DNA of 64,000 bases from Mytilus edulis (taxonomy: Eukaryota). The stretch covers positions 43,276,001 to 43,340,000 of the forward strand of contig NC_092349.1 of the NCBI RefSeq assembly GCF_963676685.1, written 5' to 3'. The translations under genes were made by a program, and so were the position numbers. Each line of letters begins with the position of its first letter. Within the stretch, counting starts at the first letter, position 1. Positions 52,301-64,000 of this stretch are shown here, piece after piece. The notes beneath the pieces are model-generated. The model did not search any database, was not told where the DNA came from, and saw only the letters and a list, made by a program, of their open reading frames with translations.

Positions 52301-55300
52301 CCAATATAGATTGTTATTTGTCGATAAATGATATAAAAGCTGACTTTATAAAATCTTTGTATTATAGAAGTACCATAGTGTTTCTGAATTTTACAAATAA
52401 ATTGCGAAGATGAACATAGTTTTTAACCCTGTCTATGAATAAACAAGTACAACAAAGAAAAAAAAGTAAAAAGTTTCTAGAACATATACATGTACATATT
52501 GAACCTATAAATAAAAAGAGACGTCTGGTTGACATCGACGAAACAGCTACCTATCACCCTATAAATAAAACAAAAAACGACGATTGAAGTCCTCAATCAA
52601 AAGACCAATGAATTGAAATATAATGAGCTTTAAATTTAATGGACGTGAGCCTCAAGTAAGGTACATCTTGTTAAAAAAAATGTAACAAAAAAACAAATAG
52701 TCATTGTTAAATGATTCCAAGAGCCAAAATTATATCTAAGATTGAGGATTGAGAAGGCTATTAAAAAAAATCTTTTTTCTTTTTACACTTTAATGTAATT
52801 CTTTTAATCTTTTAAACAGGAGACAAAATGTGCCTACGGTTTGATAGTTATGGCAATCCTATGGCTAACAGAGGCCTTTCCAATACCGGTAACGGCGTTG
52901 CTTCCAACGGTTATCTTTCCTTTGTTGGGTGTATCCACAGCAAGAGCTATATGTTCAAAATATATTAATGTAAGTTGAAACTATTTATACTTTATTTTAC
53001 AAATTGGTTAGTTTTATTTTCCAATATTGCAAAGAATAATGTAATGCAAATAATTTCAATAATATACATACATGTGTATTTTTTAGTATTTTTACTGAAT
53101 GACTACCACGAATATAACAGCTATTACACAGGTTAATCAATATGAAAATAACTGAATATATTTAGTGCATTCGAAACACTCTTTCGTATTGAAACAATTT
53201 TATCTTAACATGGTACCTCAACACCACTTTAATGAATCCAGAGATTTATATATACTACGAGTGCCACTGAAATGCCACAAGGTACTTACAAAAAAAAAAT
53301 CAAAAAAACACCAGAAAACCTATTTTAGGTAATCTTGAAAGGAGTTGAACTTTGCAAAAATCATATGAGCATATCTTGCCTTTATCATTATTTAACCCAT
53401 TAAAAAAACTGTTTTTACTTTTTGTGGTGGAAGTTACGGTTTTACTTGTCAATAACAATTATGATTGGCAACTTGACATTTGAAAAAAAGAAGCATAAAA
53501 ACATAAAATAAATAAGAAATTTCAATGTTTTAGGACACGACCGTATTGTTCTTAGGTGGTCTAGTAGTTGCTGTTGCTGTAGAGGAAGTAGGATTACACA
53601 CGAGGATAGCCATGGGTATAATATCTGTATTGGGATCGAATCCAAATATGTAAGTAACCATATTTCTTGTTTTTACAACATACGATTTTCATACGACTAA
53701 AAAGAAAGCATTCTTTAACTCTTTAACTCTTTAATGTCAAAAATAAGCAGTTGACGAATTAGTAATGGAGCATACATGGTATGATGGTTTTTGGGTAAGT
53801 AGAAAACATTGAATGAAATACAAGATACTTTGTAAAAATGTACAAAACGAGGGGAATTGTAAAAATAAAAATCAGACATACTGAGCTCTAGATTTAACTG
53901 TATGAGAGATGATGTATAATTTGTGGATTATTTTCTTAAAGTATTGGTTGTATTTGGTCACTTCCAATTAATTTAAGCTCAAGCTCACTTCCTTCATGTT
54001 TAATGATACCCTATACAGGAATTGGTAATATAGTTATGTACTAAATCTTATCAGTGAATTTAAAAAGGTTTCTAGAAGATGTTTACCTTGAAAAAAATTA
54101 CATTTATCCCTTTCATCATTGTGCATTACAGTCATGCAGCAATTCGTTCAATATGCGAACCTCAAGGTGTTTAGCTATGCTTGATTATTAACCTGTGTTT
54201 TATTGACTTTTATCTTTTATTTTGGTGTAAGGTTAATGTTGGGACTGATGTTACCAACATGGTTTCTGTCGATGTGGATCAGTAATACAGCAGCGACATC
54301 TATGATGATTCCGATCATCCAGGCAGTTATGACTCAGATTAGAGAGGCTAACAGAATAAGGCTAGAAGGAGCAAAAGGTATGCACGTAGTCATGTGCCTT
54401 TTATACACAATCATTTTTAAAGTTTGATTATGAAAACTAACGAGACGGTTTGCGTTTGTAGGATGAAGCGCATTGTGCTGCAGATGTCTGCGTCGAAAAC
54501 AGTTTACATACGCTCTATTTCCCCGCGATTTCGCGGGTGTGTTCTAGTTATAGATAATAATAAGTAGATAAAGTTTAGGTGTAAAAATAAAGATATCTTT
54601 ATATCATATTAGGATTTAAAAAATACGTTGGTTAAAATTATTTTTTGCAATTTCGAGCTGAAACTTTATGCTTTCTCATATATCCACTGATATCATGACA
54701 CGGCTTTGGATGTGTTGTATATTATTTGCCTTTCAAATACATTTTTCAAAAAATTATAAAAAACAACAACGAAAAAATCAACCAAAGAGCAGACTTGAAT
54801 TGACATCTTTGATTAGTTACAATACAGTCTCCAAATGGATCATACAAATAACAAGTTCTATCTAAAACCTGAAAAACACTTATCGTATACAAAATTATCA
54901 TACAAAATGTTACTAGAATCAAAAAATAGTTCTGCAAATCACGCAAAGACTCAGTATGTTTAAGTTTGATACATTATGATTTACAATAAATCTGAGGTGC
55001 ATAAAAAAGGGGGGACTCAATGATCATGTTGTCCAGAAGACCTTGAAAGTCATCGGTTTTTGAAATCTGTTCTGATGTGCTCATTTCAATTTTTAGAACA
55101 GGGACTGTTACTGGAAGGTAAGAAAATGGTGGATGGGTGTTAAAACTTTATCTGTTATTATTTAACCACTTTTAATTATTATTTCTTTTTTTTTAATTTC
55201 TCTATTATATATATAATGTCTACACTGTATGTTTAAACCTCTTCATCTTTCTCCTAGAAAAAAAAAATATAATTTTTCTGTATATAACTGTATAAACTAA

Positions 55301-58300
55301 TACATACTAATATTATTTTTTTTTCGTGTTCATGATCCACTTTTCATGATCCTTGTTTAGCTTTGGCTAACCTTTTTTCTGAATATACTGTCTTAATCAA
55401 TATAGGAACATGATAGACTGACTTAACTTCTTGGTTACGTTTTTAACACTTTGGCTTTTATTGGATCTTAGATATCTATTTTTTTTATGTCTTACGTTGT
55501 TTACCTTGTCATTTTGCATCAGTTTTTGTTATGTACAAAACAAAACTGAAAAAGCTGAACACATCTATTCCCGGTACAGTAAAAATAAAGTGTTATACGA
55601 AAGCGTCAAATGAATAGTCGCAGGATTAATGTGCTTTTGAAGCATTTAAACTCGTATGCTTCTTTGAACAAGTACCATCCGGTCCAATTCTGACAAATTG
55701 AAAAGAAAGACCAATTGAATAATTTAGTAGATAGTGAGTGCCAATGAGACAACTCTCGATCCAAATAACAATTTATAAAAGTAAACCATTATAGGTCAAT
55801 GTAAGGTCTTCAACACGGAGCCTAGGCTTACACCGAACAACAAGCTATAAAGGGCCCCAAAATTACTAGTGTAAACCATTCAAACGGGAAAACCAACGCT
55901 CTAATTATATAAAAAACGAGTAACTAGAAACACGTATAAATTACATAAACAAACGACAACTACTGTATATCAGCTCTTTTATTAGAAATCAATATCACAA
56001 CACTTTTTTATTCAGCAAAATGTAGAATAATTTTATACCTTACCTGACTTCGCATTTGATTTTTTTCCAACGCTTTTGGGTACCTATATCTGGTGGGTTC
56101 GAACACTTATGGTTTGGTAGATTAGTTTACATTATACCCTTTCTTTCTATTTGTTTTAACTTTATATCACTATATATTTTCCTTTACTCATTACAAGCAA
56201 ACTTTTAATGTGAATACACATGTATATGTGGGCTCCGAGAAATTGTCTTATAAATTTATTTTCTTTTTATAAAATTTATTTTGTCAATGGTGTAAATTTC
56301 CCGTCACTCGCGAATAAACTAAATATATATTGTGAAATTTGTCAGACAGATTCTTATCCTTTTTATAGATGCTTCAGACGAGTCAGAGAATCCAACGATA
56401 CAAACCAGTGATTCGATATCGGTGAATCAGATCGAGGGGAAAATCAAAAATGGCGCGATGCTGTCTGTACCAACAGACACACAAATTTCTCTCGGCAACG
56501 ACTCTGCAGCATGGTAATAATTATGTAAAATCAAATATGAAATTAGTAGTATTTTTTTATGGCAATGTGTATCTATGACGAAAAAAAAATATTGATAAAG
56601 TAAAATAATTTGCTTTATTTATTAAAGCAATGGGTAAATGAGCTTTACATACTTTTGCAGTCTTCCATTATAAGTTTGGTTTTTATCTGGTAAAAGATTC
56701 ATAAATTCTATCTGATCTGTTGGGACACAATGTAATTTGAATCAAATGATAAAATAGATTTACAGCAAACGTAAGTATTGTAATTGTAATACAAAGAAAA
56801 AAATAATACGCAGCATTGATGACACTTATGAAATTCAGTGGCGGATCCAGAACTTTTCATAAGGTGGGGGCTGACTGACCTAAAACGGGGGCGATCCCGT
56901 CATGATTCAGTGATTCCTTATAAAAGCAACCAAATTTCCCCCATAAAAGTTGCGGCCCGGGTCCGAGGCTCCCTGGATCCGCTTATGTAAATGTATGACA
57001 GACAGTAGCCAAACAATTTTTAAAAAAGCCCACCAGAAATCTGTATTCAGTTTCACATCAAATATTACGAATAAAGTTGATTGGTTGTCATGAACAGTTT
57101 AGTATACTTACGATCAACTACTATAGTCATAAGATATTATATGGAACCTATAACAGGACTGCAAGACTCATGAGATTAGACATTCAAGACAAATAGTCCG
57201 TTTTGCTCAATCCCAGCAATCAATATTAGACTTAATAATCTATGACAATGAATTTTATAAAGAAAAGAAAATATGAATTATACGTCAATGATACAACATG
57301 TAAACAATGAAATAAATACAGATGCATCAGTGACAACTATTGGCAATTGTCTAATACAGATGCATCAGTGGCAACTATTGGCAATTGTCTGTCTATCACA
57401 AATAGACAACATGTACAACAAGCAACTTCGAACCCTTTGGTTTTATAAGGAACTCTATTTTTAGTATGTTAGAAGACGAGAAAAGTACAGAAAATAGTGA
57501 ACTGAGACTGTTTGGAAAAGGACTGGCACTTGGCGTTGCTTATGGTGCAAATGCAGGAGGCATTGCTACACTGACTGGTACTCCACCAAACCTGATATTG
57601 CAGGGACAAGCTAATGAGTAAGTTAGATAAGTGTGCTCTTTCCATTGTGTGGTCCAAACATGACTTAGATGAGGTCTTAGATATGATCGATGGCAAATGA
57701 ATTAGAGGTCCTATAGTACGGTGTTAATCTGGTGCTTAAAACCTAAACAAACTGTTAAAATACGTCTTTAAGTAAATATACGATTACTCGCGATGAACCT
57801 TAATTTGACATGGATTTAAGCAATTGATTAATTGTGTGTGCTCTACGCCAGAGCAGAAACATATTGATTATATATAGTTTGAAAATAAGTAGGATTGGCA
57901 TGAAAAAGGGTTCCGTGCTGCTGTGGATTTTTTTTAACTTGATGTCCGAAATCTCCTAAAAATGGCTACGAACTTAATGCATCTTGCAAACTAGAACACA
58001 TATTAAAATATTACACGCTCATCTCTGAAACAGCTCAGTAAATGTGAAATATAATGGGCAGGAATGATGTGAAGAAGGACTTCTACAAACTGTCCTTACT
58101 TTTTTTCCTGATCTCACTTATATTGTGGCCATTAAAAACAATAATATGTTTGTTATTGGAGTATTCTGAAAATACTGTCCTCTGAAACTGAAGTGAAAAT
58201 TGTTTTGAAAACCAACAGGATATTTGATTGGACTACCCTCTACTAGAAACTCCTATTACTGCTGTTTTCTTATTTTTCAACCAAAAAACAAAGTTATGTC

Positions 58301-61300
58301 GAGCGATTCTGGCAAGTTGATTCTTTTTTATTTTAGAATCTTCGATAAAAGATCACCCGGGTCAGACTCTGGTATTACATTTGCTAATTGGATGGGATTT
58401 GCATTTCCGCTGTCGATCGTTATATTGCTGATGAGCTGGATATGGTTACAGTTAATTTTCCTGCGATCATTGTGAGTATAATATTGTAGTATACAATTGC
58501 AATATACAGTTGTTATCCATTCGTTTGATGTGTTTGGACTTTTGATTTTGCCTTTTGATTTTGGACTTTCCTTCTTGAATTTTCCTCGGAGTTCAGTATT
58601 TTTGTGTTTTTACTTTTTGCAAGACAAGGATGGACATTACAAGGTTTAAACTCAATAAAAAAAACCTTGTTATCGTTGCTTTACATGAATTTTGACAACT
58701 TATACATCCCATGGCATGTAGGTTGAAGAAAAGATGCATACTAGTATATTTATTATGATAATCAAGACTTTCGTTTTTATGGGTGTATACACCATTAAGA
58801 GAGGTGAGCCACAAGATCAGTAGTAAGTTTTTATCAGGCTAATTATGAACCATAATTAAAATAATCTGTTTAATAGAGGCTTAAAATCTATACTATACAA
58901 AAGATTGAAAATACGAACCAGTGGTTTTTAAGAGTTATTTCCCTTGACCAAGTTCTACCTCCTTAATGTTAAGGTTAACAATATCTATCTGAGTTACATT
59001 TGCGAGCCTTCAAATAATATAATACAATATATAAAAGAGGACAACAACAACCATGCACACTTTTGGAGATATATCAATCAGTTTTACGTGAGCACAAATT
59101 AACACTTTTGCCTTTCTAAAGCATATGCAATTTAAGTAAACACATATTAAAATTCATGCAGTCGAACAGGGTATATCTGTTTTTGATCAGAAACAAATTT
59201 TCAAATGGGTTTCAAGAAGTGTCCTTGTATAAAAATTTATAAATTTTGTTACTCATTTTGAAAAGCCGTTGCATCTATAGATGTTGAGCCTTGCTTACGT
59301 TTTCAATATAAAACACAATGAAAATTATTATCCTTATGTATATAAATGATTTACTAAGGACAAAAGATGAGAAAAGAGACTCATCACACGTACCAGTCTT
59401 ATTATTTGGAAACATAGTCAGCAGTGATTTTTTATTATCCAGGTGTATACGAAAAACCGACGCAGTGAGGACAGCAGCAATTCAGTCGGCTATCAAACAT
59501 GAACGCAAGAAACTTGGAAGAGTGACGTAAGTTTGATTTCCGGAGACCTCACGATTAACGACTACATAGGTCAAACAATAAAGTTCTTACAGAGCATAAA
59601 AAAAACAATAAATCCAAAAGGCTGTGCTAAATCTGGCAAGCGGTCACACATTACTGAGGGTAGAAAAAAAAGTTTTTACGAAGGATTTACAGAAAAATTA
59701 TATTCATGTCAGCAAAGTATTTCTAACAGCTCTCAGTGATTCAATGTTGTCTAAGACTGATATGGTATTGACCCAGTGGTTGAAAAATGTAAAAACGCAA
59801 AATAACACACGCTACTCGGTTACTTTTAACAGAATGAATTGATTGATATGCAAAAGATTACAAAAACCTTGAAAACATGTGCAAAGTTTGATCTTTAACT
59901 TCGTACTTTATTTGGCCTTTTAACTTTTTTGGATTCGAGCGTCACTGATGAGTCTTATGTAGACAAAACGCGCGTCTGGCGTATATACAAAATTTAGTCC
60001 TGGTATCTATGATGAGTTTATTTACAGGAAAACATTCTTTTCGTTCGCCTCAATTTTTTTTAATGACAGATTTCCTTACCTAAGCATAAAACATCAAGTA
60101 AGTTCGTTTTTACTATCTAAATTAGATTAGGTGAACAACTGAGAAATTAAAACCTTTGGTCAAGGTTTTTTCTTGTGTAAATTAGAAGGTTTAAAAACAT
60201 GTAGATGATGTGTAACAACTAAAGTACCATATTTATAATATATAGATATTGAAAATTACAAATAAGATATGGTGTGTTTCATTTAAATATATCTGAATTG
60301 TCTATCTTTTATCATTCTCTAACATTCCAGACTAAGTTGTTAATAGACCTCAATCATGGACAATGTCAGCTAATTTTAGTATAATAAATCCTTATGAACA
60401 TGTACAGTTTTATTTATTTTACAATACACTTTTTTCAGGTTTGGGGAAGTTGTTGTTTTGATTTGTTTTATATGCTTAGCTATGTTGTGGATATTCAGAG
60501 ATATTCCAGGAATGGGAGGATGGGCATACCTGTTTCATCTCGATAAAGAGTAAGCTAACAATATGTATTTATGTAATCGATAGAAAATAATTAAGAAAAA
60601 TGTTGAATATTGTCTTCAACTACACCATTAATATAATCTTAAAGCAACGAGGATTAAGCACATTAGATAATTACTTGTCTTTCTTTATAAGAAGCAATAT
60701 ATTTGAAATACAAGTAAGTGTATGGTGTTCGTCATTAAAACAGAACCAAACTTTATAAAAATATAAAAATATATATGTTTAAAAACTTTTAATGCCTTTA
60801 TCATTCCAAGTCCCATGTCTTTAGAAGCAGCGACGGCTTTATGCATTAAATAGAAACAATATCATATAAAGGACACAGTAATATACTGGTGTTCAAAATT
60901 CATAAATCGATTGAGAACAAAAGAAATCCGGGTAACAAAACAAATTTGGACAACAAACGATACGACATAACACACTATTCAAACGAAACCATAAACAATC
61001 AACAACACATTTCTATATATATAAAAGAAAAAACATAATTTAAGGCAAAGATAGTAACTGACGATTTTTTAATTTTAAACATATCCATAATCCACAAGGG
61101 AGCTAAAAACTCAGTTTCTAATTAAATTGTAACGATACAGACTTGAATATTTGAAATTATGTATTACAAAAAGGAACATAAATAAATATCAGTTTGTATT
61201 TTAAATTTTTTCAGCAGTGAATTTTAGATCGGTATATTATAAGAAGTTGTATTTTAAGGATAATTATTTTAATATCAGTCATTTATATGAGTTGTTTTTA

Positions 61301-63508
61301 TATCTATAGCACAGTTATTTTAGTTTCAAGGAAGTGTTTTTCTGCTAAATGTATTGATTGTATGTACTTTTCTAGGTACAAATCGTCCAAATGCGTCTTT
61401 GACCGGCTGTGAATCTAAAAACAAACACTTTGGCATTCATTTTATATATTATTGCCGGTTGAACTTGATTTTTTTTAATAATAGAGTATTTTTATATCAG
61501 ACTTTATAAAAAAAATCACTGTTTTGCAGTAGCGTTAAAATATCAATTAATTGGACTATGATATTATATCTACCGATCGACTTTAAACTTAATGAGGAAA
61601 ACAGTTACAACTGAGAATTTAAAAATGCTTTATACATGTATTTCTATATCAAAGATCTCCAAACAAACTAGTTCAACCCTGCTGCAAGTGCATGTGCCTG
61701 TGTTACTGGTTGTCTTATTGTGTTATACCTTAAATATTTTGTTTAGCATTTGAAGTAGAATCTTAGAAAATTTCTGTTCAGTTGATGTACTATTCAGAGT
61801 TTTTCATATCTAAAAGACACCTGTCTGTTGTGTTGAAGACTTTGTATTACCTTCTAGAATTCCTGGTTGTTTCTGTCGATGAGTCACTTTCTCGTAGGTA
61901 AATTCGAAGTATCCCATAATACCTTTAAACACGCAGATGTGTAAATTATTATCTAAAATAATCCAATTTACCGGGAATAAAAAATGAACACATTAACTTT
62001 TTGAGTAGAATGTATTAAGTAACACATGAACAGTTCATCTCAGTAGAAATATTTTCCAAATGTGTCTTCTTATTGCTATGAATTTAAAGGAAACTAACAA
62101 ATATCGTTCTGTATATTATTGAAATTATCATTAAAATTTCTGTAAGTAATGAAACATTTTGATATAATGATGTATATCTAACCGTCCATTACAGCTTTCC
62201 ATTTTTCCTTTATGAAAGGTAAGCTCTATGTATCTACTAGTATATGATTTTATGTTGACATTTCTTTCAACAGTGGTAAACCCTTTGCTAGAGATTCCAC
62301 AGCAGCGATGTTGATTGCTATATGTCTTTTTGTATTACCAAAATCAGTGCCTAATATATTCTGTTTCATAAAATCTGAAGGTAAATAATGAATTCTGATT
62401 TCTTTTTAATTATCTGTAACGTGCATGTTATACTTATGTTTATAATAATATCGCAGGTTCAAAATTTTGACAGTCTTTAATTAATACAAAATTGTCGAAA
62501 TCTATGGCGTATAAAACATATGGAGTTTGCTCAAGTAAAACAGAAACGTGTTGTATTTTTTAAACAATTTTATTGTTTTTGTTTATTTGTATATATTTAT
62601 CATGTTTATATCATAGTTTGTGCAAGTATATTTATCATATATATCTCCTACTGCCTTGCAGATGTAAAACCGTCCTACACACCCATTCTGAATTGGGATA
62701 CAGTTGTACATAAATTACCTTGGGGTGTGATTGTTCTTCTTGGAGGAGGCTTTGCTTTAGCAGACGCAAGTTCTGTAAGTTTTATTAAGGTTCTAAACAA
62801 TTCACAACAAATAACAAAGGGTATTTTTTTACCGATTTTTCATTAGATCATTCTAACCTTTATTTTTTTTAACACGAGTGATCAAAATAACGATAATGAA
62901 ACATATCAAGACTGGTACCTACAAAATGAACACACATATATTAACCAACGGAAAAGATATCGTCAGTTTTCCTAGTGATAATATTTTTCGTCTGAAAGGT
63001 ATGTAGCACAATTCAAGTAGGACCTGCAGAGGTAGCATATATATATATATATATCTCACTCAAAATATGATATTCTAGACGGTCTTTTTCGCTAATTTTA
63101 AATTTAAACATGTTTCTTTTTTATACACCCTGGCCTTCAAATAGTTGGTAATGAAGTTTAAGAATAATTTTTTTCTTATGCTTTCATATATTTTGTTTTG
63201 ATAGTTCCTGATGACGGTAAATCTAGAAAAGCGCTTTCATCGCATACAATTTGTGAAGAGTTTTGATAGTTCCTGATGACGATAAATCTAGAAAAACGCT
63301 TTGATCGCATACAATTTGTGAAGAGTTCTTTTCATTTTTGTTTTAGAGTTCAGGTCTATCAAAGATGGTTGGTTGTAGCCTGAGGGTATTTAGTCACATG
63401 GATATATGGGTAATGAATCTCATCATTTGTTTGATTGTGGCGGGAGCTACAGAGATCACAAGCAACAGTGCAACAGCTACTTTACTGATGCCAATCATGG
63501 CCGAACTG
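49337..63508 (+). CDS. SLC13: Solute carrier family 13 Na+/dicarboxylate-citrate cotransporter (SLC13A2/A5, INDY-like); 3' end beyond the window
   Basis: Phase-compatible exons 49337-49450, 52820-52969, 53534-53649, 54232-54377, 55097-55117 (putative), 56369-56513, 57465-57617, 58337-58471, 59443-59526, 60439-60549, 62274-62380, 62662-62774, 63347-63508. Motifs WLTEAFPIPVTALLP, LFLGGL, GLHTRIA, FLSMWISNTAATSMM, GGIATLTGTPPNL, PWGVIVLLGGGFALA, TEITSNSATATLLMP. Confidence 0.93.
50267..50366. other. Assembly gap (100 N)
   Basis: Run of Ns in SLC13 intron 1. Confidence 1.
54430..54547 (+). mobile_element. Helitron 3' terminus; 5' boundary uncertain
   Basis: GC-rich hairpin cccgcga-tt-tcgcggg (54522-54537), then 6 nt, then CTAG followed by T. 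Confidence 0.65.
56837..56987. mobile_element. MITE with cagtggcggatccag...ctggatccgc ends
   Basis: Inverted gcggatccag/ctggatccgc; related copy at 14268-14412. Confidence 0.65.
57315..57390 (+). repeat. Tandem duplication, 2 x 38 bp
   Basis: aatacagatgcatcagtg(a/g)caactattggcaattgtct twice. Confidence 0.85.
59939..59982 (+). ncRNA. Hammerhead ribozyme copy with G12-to-A core substitution, probably inactive
   Basis: gcgtca-CTGATGA-gtcttatgtagac-AAAAC-gcgc-GTC-tggcgt, sense strand, in an SLC13 intron. Confidence 0.7.
63195..63327 (+). repeat. Tandem 2 x 65-bp repeat, each unit with a degenerate hammerhead-like core
   Basis: Units start at 63195 and 63260. CTGATGA at 63208 and 63273, then 11 nt, then GAAA; palindrome aaagcgcttt in unit 1. 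Confidence 0.7.
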
Positions 63509-64000
63509 GTATATATTTATTATGATTCAATAATCTAAAGTAAACTATTTGAGTAGATTATACATGACAAACATCAATATGTATTGCCAATATTTCCCCT
63601 GTCGAAGATTTGAATACCAACACTCGGACTTTATTTTGTCAAAGCATATTCCGAAGATCAAGAGGAGAATAGAGTTCAGAAATTTAAACATTATGAATTC
63701 GTGAACGCTATTGCTATATATGTATTTTGTTTTGTTAATAGTTATTTTTTCGTTAACCTAGATCTAAAAGAAACGCTATATAAAATACTTATTTCAATCA
63801 AACTCCAACCAGAATATCAGAAAGCTTTCTTCTTTTTTGGAATTTGGAAAGCTAATAAAAAAAAAATGTAAATTAATTTAGATTTGAATATGTGACCGAA
63901 CATATTACTTGCGGGATATTGTTGGCGACTACTTCTGGAATCTGCACTTTTTCTTTGATGTTTAATAAGCATCTTCCCATATTCCCTGAAATTTATGAGA

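Overview
AT-rich, intron-containing eukaryotic DNA. The gene families and repeats look like a bivalve mollusc, probably Mytilus-like (inference). Host genes: the 3' exons of an HSPA12-like gene (403-4788, +) with a short C-terminus; a Toll-like receptor locus (31025-34048, +) whose N-terminal ectodomain is disrupted while the LRR-LRRCT-TM-TIR part is one open frame; a 3-exon secreted coiled-coil C1q-domain gene (42777-40057, -); and an SLC13 Na+/carboxylate cotransporter gene (from 49337, +, 13 exons seen, runs off the window). Mobile DNA: a decayed two-gene ISL2EU-type transposon (THAP-HTH-DDE transposase converging on a SAP-SWIM-YqaJ-PHD gene), a 5-kb Harbinger-like relic with nested insertions, a Ginger2-like integrase element with ~170-bp TIRs and TATA TSD, Helentron-associated elements, MITEs, tRNA-derived SINEs and a Helitron 3' end. 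The least obvious signal is a ~170-nt dispersed repeat carrying a minimal type I hammerhead ribozyme with a palindromic helix III, the dimer-cleaving, Penelope/retrozyme-associated type. One intact copy lies in sense in the likely TLR 3' UTR and a core-mutated copy lies in an SLC13 intron. There is a 100-N gap at 50267-50366.
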